64,000 nucleotides of DNA from Trichosphaerium sp. ATCC 40318 (Eukaryota; Protista; Tubulinea): NCBI GenBank assembly GCA_038496445.1, contig JALMLS010000143.1:372001-436000 (forward strand). Direction: 5' to 3'. Both the position numbers and the translations under genes were made by a program. The notes under the pieces were generated by a model, which saw only the letters and a list, made by a program, of their open reading frames with translations, ran no database searches and was not told the origin of the DNA. Within the stretch, counting starts at the first letter, position 1. The number at the start of each line of letters is the position of its first letter. Below are positions 12,854 to 27,112 of this stretch, one piece after another.

Positions 12854-13953
12854 GGACAGCGTTGGAAGGCACGGGGGTCTATTTGAAGTGTAAGCGAGAC
12901 ATTCATTGAACGATGGATAATAATTGCCCGTTACTCCTACACGCTTTTACATCAAAAAGGATGTGTTGTTTAGATAGGAAACTATCTAAAGAACACATCC
13001 ACATGTAGTTTGGCAGTCAAAACCAAACCACGTTGGCACAAATTCACTATTTCTCTGATTGCGTTTAGGAGAGCAAGAGAAGCCGTTACACGTTTCTTGA
13101 TTGTTTTAAGGAACACCCAGCAGGCGGTGTTATCCATAAGGCGTATGAACAGCATTTTAAAAAAAAGGCTAGAAGAACTAGTTAATCATTCTTACGGTTG
13201 CGTCTTTTCCTTTGGTAAGTTTGACGGTACGTTTTTGTAGCTTCTCATCTGGTCAGGTTAAATATTTAAAAACATCATCGTGGTATTCTATATCCACTGT
13301 GGGCAACTTTCAAAAAAAATTACAATATGACACAAAGGTGAAACAGGGTACATCTTTTATTAGTTGATGGGACGTTATTTTTGGTTCTGTATCAACATGT
13401 GAATATGTCGACGAATATTAAAAACCGGCATTCGGGTAAAAAGACATTGGCCGATACATTGTGTCCTTTCCTGTTGATGAGAAAGATGGGACTGTATGGT
13501 GCGCTCAGTTGTTATCACAGTAAGGAAATACAGAACAATACAATAATACATGACACAGGTAACAGTGCTGTAAAAACAGAGTACCACAAAGAAATTTGTT
13601 TATGTTTCTTTCTACTAGCAAATCTCTCCCTCTAAAAGGATCCAATCAGCACATTCATTAGTATATCCCTGTTGATTTAGTGAGGTAGATACACTTATCA
13701 CCGATCTGAATTAGAAAGTGTACAACCTGTACAGTTTACTCTTGCCCGAGGTATCAACATACCCAATTACTCACATTTTACAGGGACGAATACTAACAGA
13801 CTATATGATACATGTCAAACTTTGTGTTCAACTACAACTTTGCAGTCAGTTTGACGCGTTTGGTAAATCTTTGAACGTCTAGACAAACTCAAGAATACCG
13901 TAATGTCAAAATCTACTTTATTGTTGCTTGGAATGTATGTTGTCACGACAGGT

Positions 13954-14307
13954 TTAGTTAGGACATATTGGTCTTTGGTTACCAGTAGATTCGCACCAAT
14001 GTGGTAAAAGAATACAAATATCACGAGGACAGTGGTAACCTCTCTTAGAATCAGTCTTCATACATGATCTTCCACACTGTATTTTTGCTGCATTACAATT
14101 TCGGTGCGTTCTCTTGGCGTTACAATCTTCTAATATTGCGTCACATCCACGGAGGCACGTGATAACTTTATCTTCTTCCTAAGGGTATCCATTAGCGCTG
14201 TATTGTGCATACAAACTGTAAATTATTCGATAGCGTACCGATGAAGCATTACAGAAAGCGAGAATGATAACAGCCAATGAAATTAGAAGCAGAGATGTGG
14301 TTGACAT
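13954..14307 (-). CDS. Small secreted cysteine-rich protein, 97 aa, 2 exons (14307-14239, 14178-13954)
   Basis: Exon 1 is a signal peptide (MSTTSLLLISLAVIILAFCNASS); a GTACGC..TAG intron joins it in frame to an exon with 10 Cys; absent from the ORF track. Confidence 0.75.
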
Positions 14308-14906
14308 GTTGTTTGCGTTGTATTGTAAAAGTATCAATACTGCGAGTGAATCACAAAGCGCTAGTTAGTGGAAACTCGTCAGTTTTTTGTTAAATCTCGA
14401 GAAAAAAACGACTCTATTGGGGGATACTGTTTGAACCTTATGTACTCGCTTTATTTGTGTATATTGTTTTGACTTGGTTGTTGTCAAACGTGACCCGATA
14501 GCAAAGTTTCTAATTATTGGGTACCAGCAATTACAAGTGTCCTTTTGATTAATGTCTTAATTCATATTCAAAACGAATGGTTGGGTAGTTTGTGAAAAGG
14601 GTCAGGAAATTGTTTTTCTGGTCAAACCCAAGAAATGTTTGTCGATCCATTTTGTGAACTCTTGTCTTGAAAATCGTAAAATCTCAGCACAGACAAACTG
14701 CAACAAACTTTGAATGTTTTATCTTATTATATTTTTATTGCCAGGCGGAGAATTAAATAACAAAGTAACAAAACTAGCGAACGTATTTTTGCTCGAAAAG
14801 CACGTGCTTTGGCGCGCTATTTTATTGATATCTTGTTATAATACAAATAGTGTCAAATGATAAACAATACAAAGAATTCCATCAACAAGGATCGAAAATA
14901 AAAAAA

Positions 14907-17141
14907 TCACTTTTGCGCAACTTTGTTGTCATGACTGGTTGACGCAGGTGCTGTGTTTGTTTTTTCTTCTTCTTGTGGTTGTTCTTTTTCAATTTCTCCT
15001 TTTGTTTTAATTTTTTTCTTTCGCTTTTTTTTGGCTCTGGGTTTCTTTGGTATCATCAAACCACGTGTCATTTTTATCTTTTGAACCTGTTCTAACACTT
15101 TACCTATACCTTGGTACCAACTCAATTTATCACTTTGAGATAGAGTCTTAAATGTCCAAGACCTAAAGAGGAGCGTGTTATTTTTGCGTTAGAACAACTT
15201 TTCGCCTGCTCAAACGATTTATTCTGTTGGAAGAAATATAACGTTCTTAGTGGCTATTATAGTGCACTGATGTCATATATATTTGTACTCAGCCAAGGGC
15301 TCATCCATGAAATACAGACAATCAAGCATTTGGCACTTTAAAAAAAAATTCGTTCTCGTGTGGACGTACTTTCGTGCGTATGCCTCAGGATTGACAAGTG
15401 TCAAGTTAACATCATCTACAAATGGTGTACGGACATATTGATCAAGTAGTAGATTGGCCATCTTACCATAACGAAGAGTTCCAGCAAAAAACTTTTGCTT
15501 TGTTCTTACTTGCTTTGGTGTTAAAATTAGCAGTCTTGCATCAGCTGTTTCTGTGTTGTAAAACAGATACGCCTGCTTTGTATTACCATCAAGCTCTACA
15601 AGACCTTCCTTTATAATAACCTAGAAAATAGGAGTGAGCACTTCAAAAAAAAAGAAGATAAACGAAGAGTTCTGAAAACATACGTCAGTTTTCTCAAATT
15701 GCCATGCTGGTGTTTGTCTTGTTTTGCTCCTATTCATTCTATAGTTTACATCTCTTTTGGCTTCTTCTTGTTCATGTATGCCTCTCATTTTATCAACATG
15801 AAGAGCTACACGTGTAATCTAACATCTATAAATAGGTGCAAAGGGTTAAAGTGAAACAATACCCCTGCTATAGCTTTCGTGATGTTTCCCTTGTCAGGAT
15901 GAGTATCCCAAGTGGAAGCAAGTAAATCTAAGCTCTTGTTAATGATCATTGACTGTCTATTTCTGATAGAAGCTACCTGTAAAGAAGAGCTTGTACTATC
16001 AAAAGTGTGAGAAGGTTGACTGTGGACAAAAAATATTACAAACTGGTTACCTTCATTAGCCTCTGGAACGGCATTGGAAGCAACAAATCTAATGATACAT
16101 TAATATCAGTTGTTTCTGCTGCCTTTTTACGTTGTTCCTTTGTGATTGTTAGATTATATTATAATAGTAACGTATTACCTCTAAGAACTTTACAACAGAT
16201 TGTCTCTTTTTACATTCCACGAGCATTTTGTTTGACTTAGACGCATTGTTGACGTATGTGGAATAAGCTTTGAAGTACTCCATCTTAACAAAGATTAGAA
16301 GATTAAAAAGCGTATAGCTTAGAGAAAGATTTGTTCTATTTTGCAGGTGCAAGAACGTTTTGATGCAATTGCATTTTGATTTTTTTTCAAGGTTGCAAGG
16401 CACTTTTCGCTATGTTATTGTAGCGTTCTCCTTAAAGATACCAGCAATATAATTATACAAACAACGTACTATATGAACAAATAGATCAGCAAGCTTTTGA
16501 TTTGGATGCCATTCATCTATCCTCTGTTTTACGCCAACAAATAGTGTACGTTGAAAATGCAAAATAGTAGTTACATCTCCAAAAATCGTGTTTATTGCTT
16601 CTTCACTAACTAATTTCTTCTTCTTTAACTCTTTTAAGTAAAACTACTCTCATATTAATAACACCTCAGTCAAAAAATAAAAAACACGTGATTAGAAAGT
16701 TGTCCAAAAATTCTCGACACGTACTATAACTATAACATCAAGAGCATTTAAATAAGTCTGTTCCTTCTTATAGAAGTCTTGTACAATCAAAAAACGCTTT
16801 CTGTTTGACTTTCCTAATAAAGCGTTTAGTGAAACAAAAATTTCCAAAAATGTCGCTATGTCGACACGTACTCATCTGAGACAGCGTTTTTAAAGCATTA
16901 TATCTTCTAAAAAGTGACTGCAACGTTTCTACTTTACGTTTATCAGCGTATTTTAATGCTATGGCCTGTATCGGGTTGGTTTGGTTTATTAAGTTAATTA
17001 TACCTTGTTTGATACTTCTCGCTCTCCAAACATCGAGAATATCATACTGAATATTGAGCCACGCTGTTTTTCTTCCGTATTACTATCATTTACATCCTGG
17101 TTGTTCTCTATCGCGGTTTTGGGCGCGTTAGGAGCAGACAT
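14907..17141 (-). CDS. RhoGEF (DH-PH) protein, multi-exon
   Basis: IVQDFYKKEQTYLNAL, INTIFGDVTTILHFQ, YFKAYSTYVNN, LLLPMPFQRL and THPD match DH-domain segments; PH-like exons follow. Confidence 0.8.
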
Positions 17142-17451
17142 GGTGATTTTAGACGTGGTTGAATAACATGTCGCCAGCAAGTCCTTTGCAACTTTTTCTC
17201 CGACTATTTGACGTAAGGCGTGTGTTGCAAACGAGTAAAATAACGCTGACCGTCATTGAAAAAAAATACGTCAGAATCGCGCATTGATTACTGTTTAGTA
17301 AACAAACACAGCCACTACAACGGCGCACACGTATACAGCCTAAGCAGCGTTGTAGAGGATAAACAACGAACTTAACGCCGGAATTCGCTACTCGTGCGTA
17401 AAACGTACTGAACATCACCAAAACTCTTTAACTACTGTATTATGACTTTAT

Positions 17452-19631
17452 TTACACCTCCCCATGAATGCGCTTTTTTTCGTGATCTAGCATCTGAGAC
17501 ACTATCTGATTCATCCCTAAATCCTTTGCTTTCTGCCATATAACCTGAAAGTGAGGATTATTTTGTTTACAGGCTTCAAAATGCTTTTTATGTTCTTTTT
17601 GCTTTGCAAGTGGTAAAGGTGCAGCCAATTGCTCTCTTAGTAACGCTGATGCAGCAAAAAGTAATGTTGCACTTGATGGCCTATGAAAGTATAAGTAATC
17701 GTTGAAGATCACGTTTTTGAATTAAATAATCACGTGACAGTCAATCTAACTGAAGAAAATAATAAAAAAAAACACAGAAAAAGTAAGCGTACAATTTTTC
17801 AATTGTATGAAGAGTAGCCATGCCTTCCATGGCTTCTGCTAAACCAAGTTTATCACCAACTTGTTGGTACATTGATAAACTTCTGTAGTGCAAGAATCTA
17901 GCCTCTACAAGCTTTCCCAGCTTACAAGCTACAATACCAAGGCAAGAATTGGTTGAGGCAAGGCCCCACACATCTTTTAACATATTACGAAGTGTTGCTG
18001 CTTCTTTATAGTATGCTTGTGCTTTGACGTAGTCCTCTCTTATCAAAGTTAATACAAGCATATTTTAGAGGAGGCACAAAGGTTTGTTTTGCGTACTTTA
18101 GCCAAAGGTATACATTGCCAAGATTATTCAAAGAGCTTGCTATGCCAATTTTGTCTTTGATCTCTTTCCGAATTTTGAGTGCTTCTTCATGAGCTTTTAA
18201 AGCGTTTTCTGTATTCATCTGTGCAAAAACGAGCAAGTTAGATTTAGAGCCACTCAACATCATTAAAAACGTGCTTGTAAAAATGCAACAACTCCAAGAT
18301 TATTCAAACTCAGAGCTTCACCTAATTTATCACCCAACTTTTGATAAGTTTCAACAGCTTCTTTGTGGTTTGCTGTTGCCGTTGTAAAGTCGCCTATAGT
18401 AGTTATATAAATGAAAAAAAGAATCGTCTATATCATCTATACCTTGTTCTCTCGCTACAGAACCAAGAACATTCAAAATACCTAAACAATAATCAATTTT
18501 GTACTTTTCTCAAAGTTTGACAAGTGCGAACCTGCAACACTTTTGACATCACCGAGTTCTTTAGATATCTCACTGCTCTTTGTATACAAAAACTTTGTAA
18601 GAGCATAATTGCCTTGGGAATAAGCTAATGCTCCAGCACCCATATATCCTTTGACACGTGCAACAGAGATATCTTTTAGTTCTTGTTTCTAGAACATGGT
18701 CAAAAAATTATAGTTACATTGTCTTGTAAATACCATTGTTGGTGCTATCTGTAGTGTATTTGTTATATCCAAAAGCGCTTTAGTCCATCCCCATCCCTTT
18801 TGAGAAGAACATTAATTAAGACAAAACAGAACGTCACCTTCCCAAAAATTTACTGAAAGTTTTTCCCTTAAAAATCTTCAACGTGCCTCTTTGGAGTACC
18901 CTCTAATCCACCAGAATCTTGATATTGCACCAGCGATATGAAGTCCATAGCAAGCTACAAGTAATTTTAGAGTTAATACCTACAACTCGATGAAATGTTT
19001 GTTACCTATCTGTATTTGTTCCTTTAAAGTCAGTGCTTCCTTTGCGCTCAAGCATGACATACAAAATTCAAGTGCAAGGCGTATATTACTGTGATTTGTT
19101 TCAATACTATCCAGCTCTGCCTGTTGGTCGGCTCCTTTTGTACGAAGTGTTACATGTATGTGTGAAAAACAGGACTCAAAGTACCTTTCAATTTCGGTTC
19201 AGCAGCGCTACACATTGAAAAATAGTAATGTAAATGGCGTAATTGGCCCTGGTGCATAGCCCTTGATGTAATTTAGAGATAAATACGCTGAATGTAACGT
19301 GCTTTTTATCGATTCCGTCAAGTGGAATTTCACGTCTACTGGGGCATATATTATAGTAGCGCGACGCATCACGAGGACCGTTTGGAGAAACTGGTTGTTT
19401 TACAACCAAACACAACGCTTCAAGCTTATCAACGCTGTCATCTATCTGTAGCGACGTGAATGAGTTTGTGATGTAATAATTATTTGTAACACATACTTTG
19501 CGCCCCAAAATCTGATTCGCTGCCTCTACGGTCCAGTTACCATAGGCAAATAACACTTTTATTGATTTCAACAGCTTTAATTCTTCTGGTTGTATTCTTT
19601 GCCAACGCCAATCACGTTCTACATTTGCCAT
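17452..19631 (-). CDS. TPR-repeat protein resembling the C-terminal half of bacterial STAND ATPase-TPR proteins; multi-exon
   Basis: GLHIAGAISRFWWIRGYSKE|GWGW, DKIGIASSLNNLGNV and GDKLGLAEAMEGMATL; no Walker A motif found. Confidence 0.75.
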
Positions 19632-19867
19632 TTTTACTTTCGAAGCGGTACGCCAGAACCAACGCTATTTTGCGAAGCGACCGCATTTGGCAGTCAAACT
19701 TTTTGTTCATCAAATTCTATTTTAGTTTGTTACATAATTCATTTCCAGCTAGCTATACGCTGCTGTAAATTTATACCCACATACCTAAGGCTGTATTGTT
19801 TAAAAACAAGGCAGCTTTATCATCTTCACTAAAAAACACGCCGTAAACACAACATACATCATTAATC

Positions 19868-20759
19868 ATGTCCAACAAGCCGCATGATAAGTACAGGTAG
19901 ACGATTGCAGAATGAAACCCCTTAAAACCATTTAACATGCACTAGATACAAACTAGTCATAGTGGGTGGCGGTGGCGTCGGAAAGTCAGCTCTAAGGTAC
20001 ATCTTTTTTCGGTTTTACCAACTCCAAACCCTTATCATGCTTAGTATACAGTTTTGTCACTGGTGCGTACCGCAAATAGTTACGACATAATACTTCTAAC
20101 AAACTAGGCAATTCAGCGACGAGTATGACCCAACGATAGGTACAGCTCGGTTGCAACAAATATATTTAACCACATTTAGAGGACAATTACGAAAAGCAAG
20201 TCACAATTGATGGTGAACCGGCAATGTTGGATATTGTTGACACAGCAGGTACTGCTCACAGTCACTTGGTGTGCCGCTAGTTGACACTTTCAAAAAAGGA
20301 CAGGAAGAATTCTCCACTTTAAGGCATCACTACTTGCAACAATCCGAAGGAATACTAATGGTGTATTCTATAACCGCCATGGAGTCTCTTAGAGAACTAG
20401 ATCAGTTTATAACACTAGTACAAAGAGTAAGAGATGTGGAATCTCTTTTAACAATTCCAATTGTAGTAGTTGGTAACAAGGGAGACTTAGAACCTGATAG
20501 AAAGGTAAAAATCATAGCTGGAAGGAAAGCATTTAGGTTGACTTTCTTGTAGGTTAGCAAGGAAGCAGGTAGGGAGTTCGCTGAGGGTATTGGCGCGAAT
20601 TTCTTTGAAACTAGTGCCAAGGAGAGATCAAATGTAGATGAGTGTTTTCATCAGCTAGTACGTAGAGTGCGTATATCAAGAAATGGAGGCACAGATAAAA
20701 AGAAAAAGCTCTCGTTTTTTGAAAAGACAAAAGAGATGAAGAGTTGTATTGTATTATAA
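19868..20759 (+). CDS. Ras-family small GTPase (7 short exons, CAAX)
   Basis: GGGGVGKS, YDPTIED, DTAGQEE, VGNKGD and ETSAK motifs; C-terminal CIVL*. Confidence 0.95.
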
Positions 20760-21611
20760 TCCTGCGCGATAAGCTGTAAACCACATCATAAATTGTTTTT
20801 TAAAACTTTGGTTAATTTCCATCCTTACGCGTATATGAACTCGAAAAGTACGACCAGTGCCCAAAAAACCTCAAGGTTGAGCGTTGTTCCAAGTTTCTTT
20901 GTTACATCACCTTTTTTCTTAAAATCACCTCAAGAATACTATGTTTTAGTTGTAACAACAAAACTGAGGATTACAGCCTATAAAGTTATGTCGGGCAAAA
21001 GTCATTTGAAAGTTTTTGTCTACAACGCCTTGCGCAAAAATACGCAACTACGTGAGCACAACGCGAGATAAGTACGCACATTTACTATTGGCTAGTCAAT
21101 GATAGTTACCTCACTGGTTTTCTCAGCGTAGCCGAAGCACCTTATTTGTAAATATTTCGTGGTTTCGCGCAAAGCCCTCTAGTTAGACCCGACATTTACG
21201 ACGTGAATACATAAACGGGTTTTGCGGAAAAAACAAGCATTTATTTTGTTTAATACCATAAAAGACGTCGTAAAACGGTGGGTTGTTGCCCAAGCCGGGC
21301 AAGGTACATTAGAACTCCCATAAATCTGGTGTACATCGTTTGGTGTACAACATGGTGTGGATTAGACAAAGAACAAACCAATTTCTTTGTTTACCACCCT
21401 AAATTATATTACACATTACGGAGTAAACCACGCGCTTTTCAAAATTATTTAGCAACGCTATTGGGGAAATTTCGATTGATTTCTGCAACGAGTTTCCAAC
21501 GCCTTGGCGTGGTGCTACGATTGCGAAATAATAGTTTTCTCGCGTGTTTAGCCTATTACAAATCTCTTACGTTTGTAGGACCAACACGCAAAACAATTGT
21601 CGAAATACTTT

Positions 21612-24600
21612 ATGTTCTCAGACTTATGTGATGCGGAACCACTGCCTGAGGAGCCATTGTCTACTGGATTTCTTCAAGGCCACGATAACTTTGGTTCGTC
21701 ATTATATGGGCACTATGAGCACTACGAACATGCGTACCAGGTACGAGACACATTATAACGTTTTCTTTTATTGTCACACTTCGTTTTTTTTTGTTTCTTG
21801 AAAAAAAATTAATTGCTTTTGATTGTTGTCTTACTGCAAGTGGTATTAATTTTAATTTATTCATCTGCGATGAGATGGTTTTTAAGGTGCATTAAATGAG
21901 AAAAAAAACTAATTAATTTAGGATGACATTATGCCTGGTCTAAAGCAGCAAGAAGAGATGGAAACACTTCATGATGATTTACAGCCATTGCATAATGAAG
22001 TGCGTAGTTAATATAAATTTGTTGTGACCGAGAAACACGGAGTTTTTCTTACGACAATATCTTTAGCGAAAGAGTTCGTCAGAGGAAGACTTAGAGATTG
22101 ATATTGAAGGAGATAGTATCCCATTATCTGTAGAGCCTGTGAAAGAGCATAATTCATTTATGGGACATCGTGTTGCTTGTTTCTGGCAACTTGAAGCTCA
22201 GGTTTGTAAAATTTTTTATTTATACTTTTTCAATAATATTAATTCATGTTTAAAAGTGGTTTTTTGGCACTATTATTGGTGACAGAGCTGGTGGTGGTAA
22301 ATATGGAGTTTTATACGATGATGGTGATTTATTATGGGAGCAATATAATGCTCAAATGAAGGTTTTACCTGACATGGACCATCGGTTTTGTGGTACGCAC
22401 AAATTGTATGTTTAGTGAGTTCCTTAATATTGTTTAGATCCTGATGGAACATTTCGGGGACCTGGTACGTTCTTTAATCAAAATGACTTACGTTTATATC
22501 GAAAAAGAACAATATGGAGCTAGCTCTGTGTTTGTTTAATTTTTTCTCTTGCTTTGCGTAAAATTATCGTATTATTGCAATAACAGTAAATTAACATTTG
22601 ACAGCTGCTCCTGAGCTTGGTGCACCTTATCCAGACGAACAAAATGGCATTAATATGGGAATTCCTTCGCCACTATCAGAGGTCATTAAATTTTTTTCAA
22701 TTTCTTGGTGAAGTGTTTTGTACTGATATAAACAAGGCTGCACTTACGTTGGTTTATGGAAAAGATCGGCAAGCTACAACAGACACTCAGAGAAAACCAA
22801 AGACATACACTGTTGAGAGCGATGATGAGTTTGTGCCTGTCGTGTCACAGCCAAGACGTTCTAGATTAAAAGCAGTTATAAATGGGACATCTGAGCAAAG
22901 ATCAAAGTTTAGACGAAGAAGACGTATGTGCACGATTTCTAAGCTACTTCAACTGCCTTTTTTTTTGTTTTTTTGGAACATACGTCCGTTTTGATGGTTT
23001 AACGTCATCAGAAGAATTCTGTTTTTTCTCCTTTTCTTTCTCTTACGCGCCTTTTTACAATTTAAGACCTGAACGGTTTTTTTTCTCAAAAACCAAGCGA
23101 TGAATGGCAATACCGGCGCATTTTCAAAAAAAAAAGATTCGTAAAGAAAAATCCTTGTGGTAGTATCGTTTGATTTTGTCTATTTTTCTTATTTTCATCT
23201 GTAGGGAGTACTCGTGAAGCAACACACCAATGGCTTCGAGCGCAACAGGCAGAAGAAGAGAATGAAAGAGAAATAGAAGCCCAACAAGAGCGGAAAGCCA
23301 TGCTACAGCTGGAACTTTCTCAAGTAGATGATAAACTGCGTGTTCTTGACGAACACATTGCTAGAGCACAGGAGCAAGCAGTTGTGATTCCTGAAGAGCC
23401 TCTTACGCAGTCTAGAGAAGTCCTGGATTCTATCGTTAACGGGTTTTTGAAGGATGATAAAGAAGATGTTGAAAATGGTCCAAAAACGCCAAAAGCGATT
23501 AAAGCGGGCGGTGGAAAGCCAGAACCTTCTAGTTCCCCTGATTCTGCTAGCAAGAAACGAAAAAGGGAACATGAAACATACGATACGGACGATGCGATTT
23601 TGGAGCATGCTAGTCCTCCTAAGAAACTCAAAGTGTCCAAAAAGGTTCGCAGAGGGACTAGGCATAGTGGGCATGATATAAATATTGGCGATGATGAAGA
23701 TATGGCTGAAGGGAATTCGAGACGCAGTTCTTTACGCTCTAGGATGCCAACTCGGAAGTTTGATGATTTCGATGCGATCCAGGTGAAGAAAGGTACTGGA
23801 AAAAAGGTATGCAGTACGCTGGCGTTGGAGCCTATGCCTCCTAGGCCAGCGAAGAGCGATGAACATAATTTTAAAGGACTAAATCTCCCTTTTCTTAGTG
23901 TAGTTATCTGCTACATGAGATTTTCCTTTCAGTTTTATTTTATTCACCATTTTTTGGTTCGCCTATTCGCTGCACATTTTTGAAGTCGTTCATACCTAAT
24001 AGTAGTAAATAGAGAGTACATAGCATCGAGAAACAATCTAAAATAACACCATCTAAGCTCATAAAAAATATGAAAAAGCAAAAAAATATCAAAATTAAAA
24101 AAGAAAAGCAACAAGGGACAGAGTCATCAGAAAAAGACGAGGTATCGTTTGATGATGATGAAGCAGGTGAATCAGTTCCGGTTCCGTCGCCAGAGCCACC
24201 AAAGCGGCCGAAACGTCGTAGATCCAAGTATATTGTATCAGAGTCAGAATCAAGTGAAGAAACGCCTCCTTTACCGGCCAAACGCCGACGGAAGCCGACT
24301 CAAAAAGCTCTTGATATGATCGCCAGTACCAAGCCTAAGCGTAGGCGCAGAGCGAGCTCTTCTACAAGGTCTAATGGAAGACGAAGAAACTCTGATGTTC
24401 GCCCTCGAAAGAATACGCGATCCAAGACGCTTAGATCATCAGCTAATAATCGGAAGGGTGATGACGCTGAAGAACAAGATCGTAGTTCTAGTGAAGAATC
24501 AATAACTGACGAAGAGCCTTTATTGGGTTCAACTACAGAAGCAACTGACGACACACGTTTAAAGGCATCTGCTACCACTTGACAGCTTTTACGAGTTTTT

Positions 24601-25389
24601 TTTTTCGCCGGTGAAACAATTTGCTTTAAACTTGTAAGGTCTAATATGGCCATTTTTTTTATCATGTAGAATATATGTACATAAACTCGCAGCTTTCCTG
24701 GCCTTCGTGGATTTTTGTTTGACTTTCTCTTTTTTCTCGGATGGCTGATTTCGGCACGGCATTCTACAAAAATCTTAAACAACGCAAGGTGCATCCTTGT
24801 GACGGAGCAATGTCATATGCTGAGCGAAGAGAAGCGGCTAGGCCAACTCTGGCGAGATTTGTAGGCGCCAATGTTGCAAAGCTACAAATTGCGTTGTTCG
24901 TGGACGCGGGAATACCGTATTATGACTTGGATGACGAAAACTATAAATGGCGCGTTCTTACCTTGCAGAGCTACATGAATTCAACATGGAAGTCCTTAAT
25001 ACTTAGAGACAACAAATACGTGCGTTCTACACAAACTACCATTCGCATTCTCAACCGACTAGTATCTCTCAGTGTTTAATGAAATACATTCTTACTTGCC
25101 CAACGAATCGCCACGTTGCACAATTGAGCTTGTAGTGGAGGTTGCCACTACACTTTTCATGAGACCACCGACCTTCGCACCTTTCTTTAACGCAGAAGAA
25201 TGCGTCCCTGAAAACAAACAATACCTCTCAAAGCTAAGCGAGTTCCTTCTAGACTTCTATTCGAGACAAGCTTACGTAGAACTACAACGCGTAGAACAAG
25301 TAGAACACAATTGTCCTTGGCCAAAATTCCACACTATGCAACAAACAGAGAATGCAAATATTCCTCTCTACGCAAGTAACTTTCCTTAA
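21612..25389 (+). CDS. Large low-complexity, probably nuclear protein with a Tudor-like domain (multi-exon)
   Basis: GHRVACFWQLEAQWFFGTII...YGVLYDDGD is Tudor-like; many basic NLS-like tracts; globular C-terminus. Start approximate. Confidence 0.6.
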
Positions 25390-25954
25390 AACTGTAGCCC
25401 CTACAACTTGCCTTCCAATAAAACGAACTGCTATTGATAGTAAGCCTTCACTAAATAAAGTCGGTTGTAACAGTGTCTGTTTTATTTGCCTAGTTGTAAA
25501 GTTCGCTACAGGCTGTGATAAGAATGAGATAGATTTGGTTCATGCGTAGACGATAATGAGGTGCACGCTAGGATAGGATATGGAATTTTTTTGTAAAGTT
25601 ACACGTGCAAAAAGGACTATTTTCGGAGTTGTCCGACAACGCCTTGTACAAAAAATTTCAACAAGAACGCTTGATTATGGCTGCGGCGAGTATCAGCGCG
25701 TCATGAAACAAATTGTAAATAAAATACAATTCCAACGACCAAAAACGACTTCTGTTTTTCCAATTCCAACGAATTTTTTAAGTGTCATTCATGTCAACTA
25801 AGACTGTATCCGTATACTCGATGAAAAACTACATTTCATCAATTAAATTGGAGCGTCAATATCGCTCTGGCATTAAAGTAAAATGGAAAATTGGTCAATA
25901 GAGTTCGTTCAACTTTGAATAAAAACAAGCTGGCAATGTTGTAATTTTCAGGAA

Positions 25955-26689
25955 ATGAAAAGCGCAGTACTAAAATAATAGCATGCTTAATAGTGTATCT
26001 AACTAACAATTTAGACAAATACAACGAAATGCTTTCTTTTACAACTTCCTATTGAGCTACAACTTGATATCATTGATTTAGATCTTGAAGTATTCTGTAA
26101 ATGGGCGATATTTTGTCGCATAGCAGCAACAACGACAAGGTTTGACGATGACTTGAAAAAACATGGAAAGTGGCAAAAAGTAAGACTCAAAAACAAAGAT
26201 GGTTTAACGTCACTTGTTGCACAAGAGCATTGGAGTCATGGTGAAAGACATGGTAATGAGAAAGTATGGCATGATAACTGTCAGCTATGGATGGAGAAAA
26301 CATATGTAAATGGTAAACAAGAAGGAGAGTGCAAGATGTATCATAGCAACGGACAATTGTGGAGAAACAATTACTTTGTAAAAGATAACATAGAAGGGGA
26401 AGATAACGAATGGCATAGTAATGGTCAATTAAGAACGATACAAACGTTTGTAAATGGAAAAAGAGAAGGGGAGTGCAAGCGTTGGTTTATGAATGGTCAA
26501 TTGTTTGCACATTGTTTCTTTGTTGATGACAAGTTTGATGGAGTATACAAGCAGTGGTATTCTAACGGTAAAATGCATTTGCACTGTAATTATGTAAACG
26601 GCCTAAAAGAAGGAGAGTATCGCGAGTGGCTTTTTTCTGGTACTTTAATAGAGAGTACTTATGTAAAAAACAAAAAGATAAACAAATAA
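25955..26689 (+). CDS. F-box-like + MORN-variant (MORN_2/YwqK-like) repeat protein; a single 5' intron (25967-26014)
   Basis: In frame upstream of the ORF-track start: KCFLLQLPIELQLDIIDL..KWAIFCR; repeats WxxNGQL..YVNGKxEGE; about 228 aa after splicing. Confidence 0.8.
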
Positions 26690-27112
26690 TCTTTCTTTTA
26701 TTCTGTTGAACCGCATTTGATCAACGTGCTCAATTGTGTATATCTTAACATTTGTATACTATCCACAAGAACGTTGCTTTATCACATGGCGATATAAAAG
26801 ATAGTCCCACCAAAGCTTGAGGTCATTAGTATTAGCTTTAAGTGTTTCCTTTTCCTTCATATGAAAAGTCTACTAAGATTTATTACCCGCAGCGAAGATG
26901 TAACTGGGCAGCTGTTGCAGGCAAGTTGAAAGTGTTGCGCAGGCAACTATTCGTTGAATCTGTTTAAAAATATTTAGGGTTAATAAATTTGATAAAAGGT
27001 GTATTCAGAATTCGTGTATACATTTTGACTTTTTTTGAAGTACAGCCATTGTAAAACATTACAAACTTTACAAAGCAACACACACATCGAACGCATATCT
27101 ATAGACAACACA

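Noticed and set aside
21317-21324. TCCCATAA resembling the Dictyostelium DUSE ncRNA promoter element
   Set aside because: No recognisable snRNA or Class I RNA at the expected distance; an 8-mer is plausible by chance.
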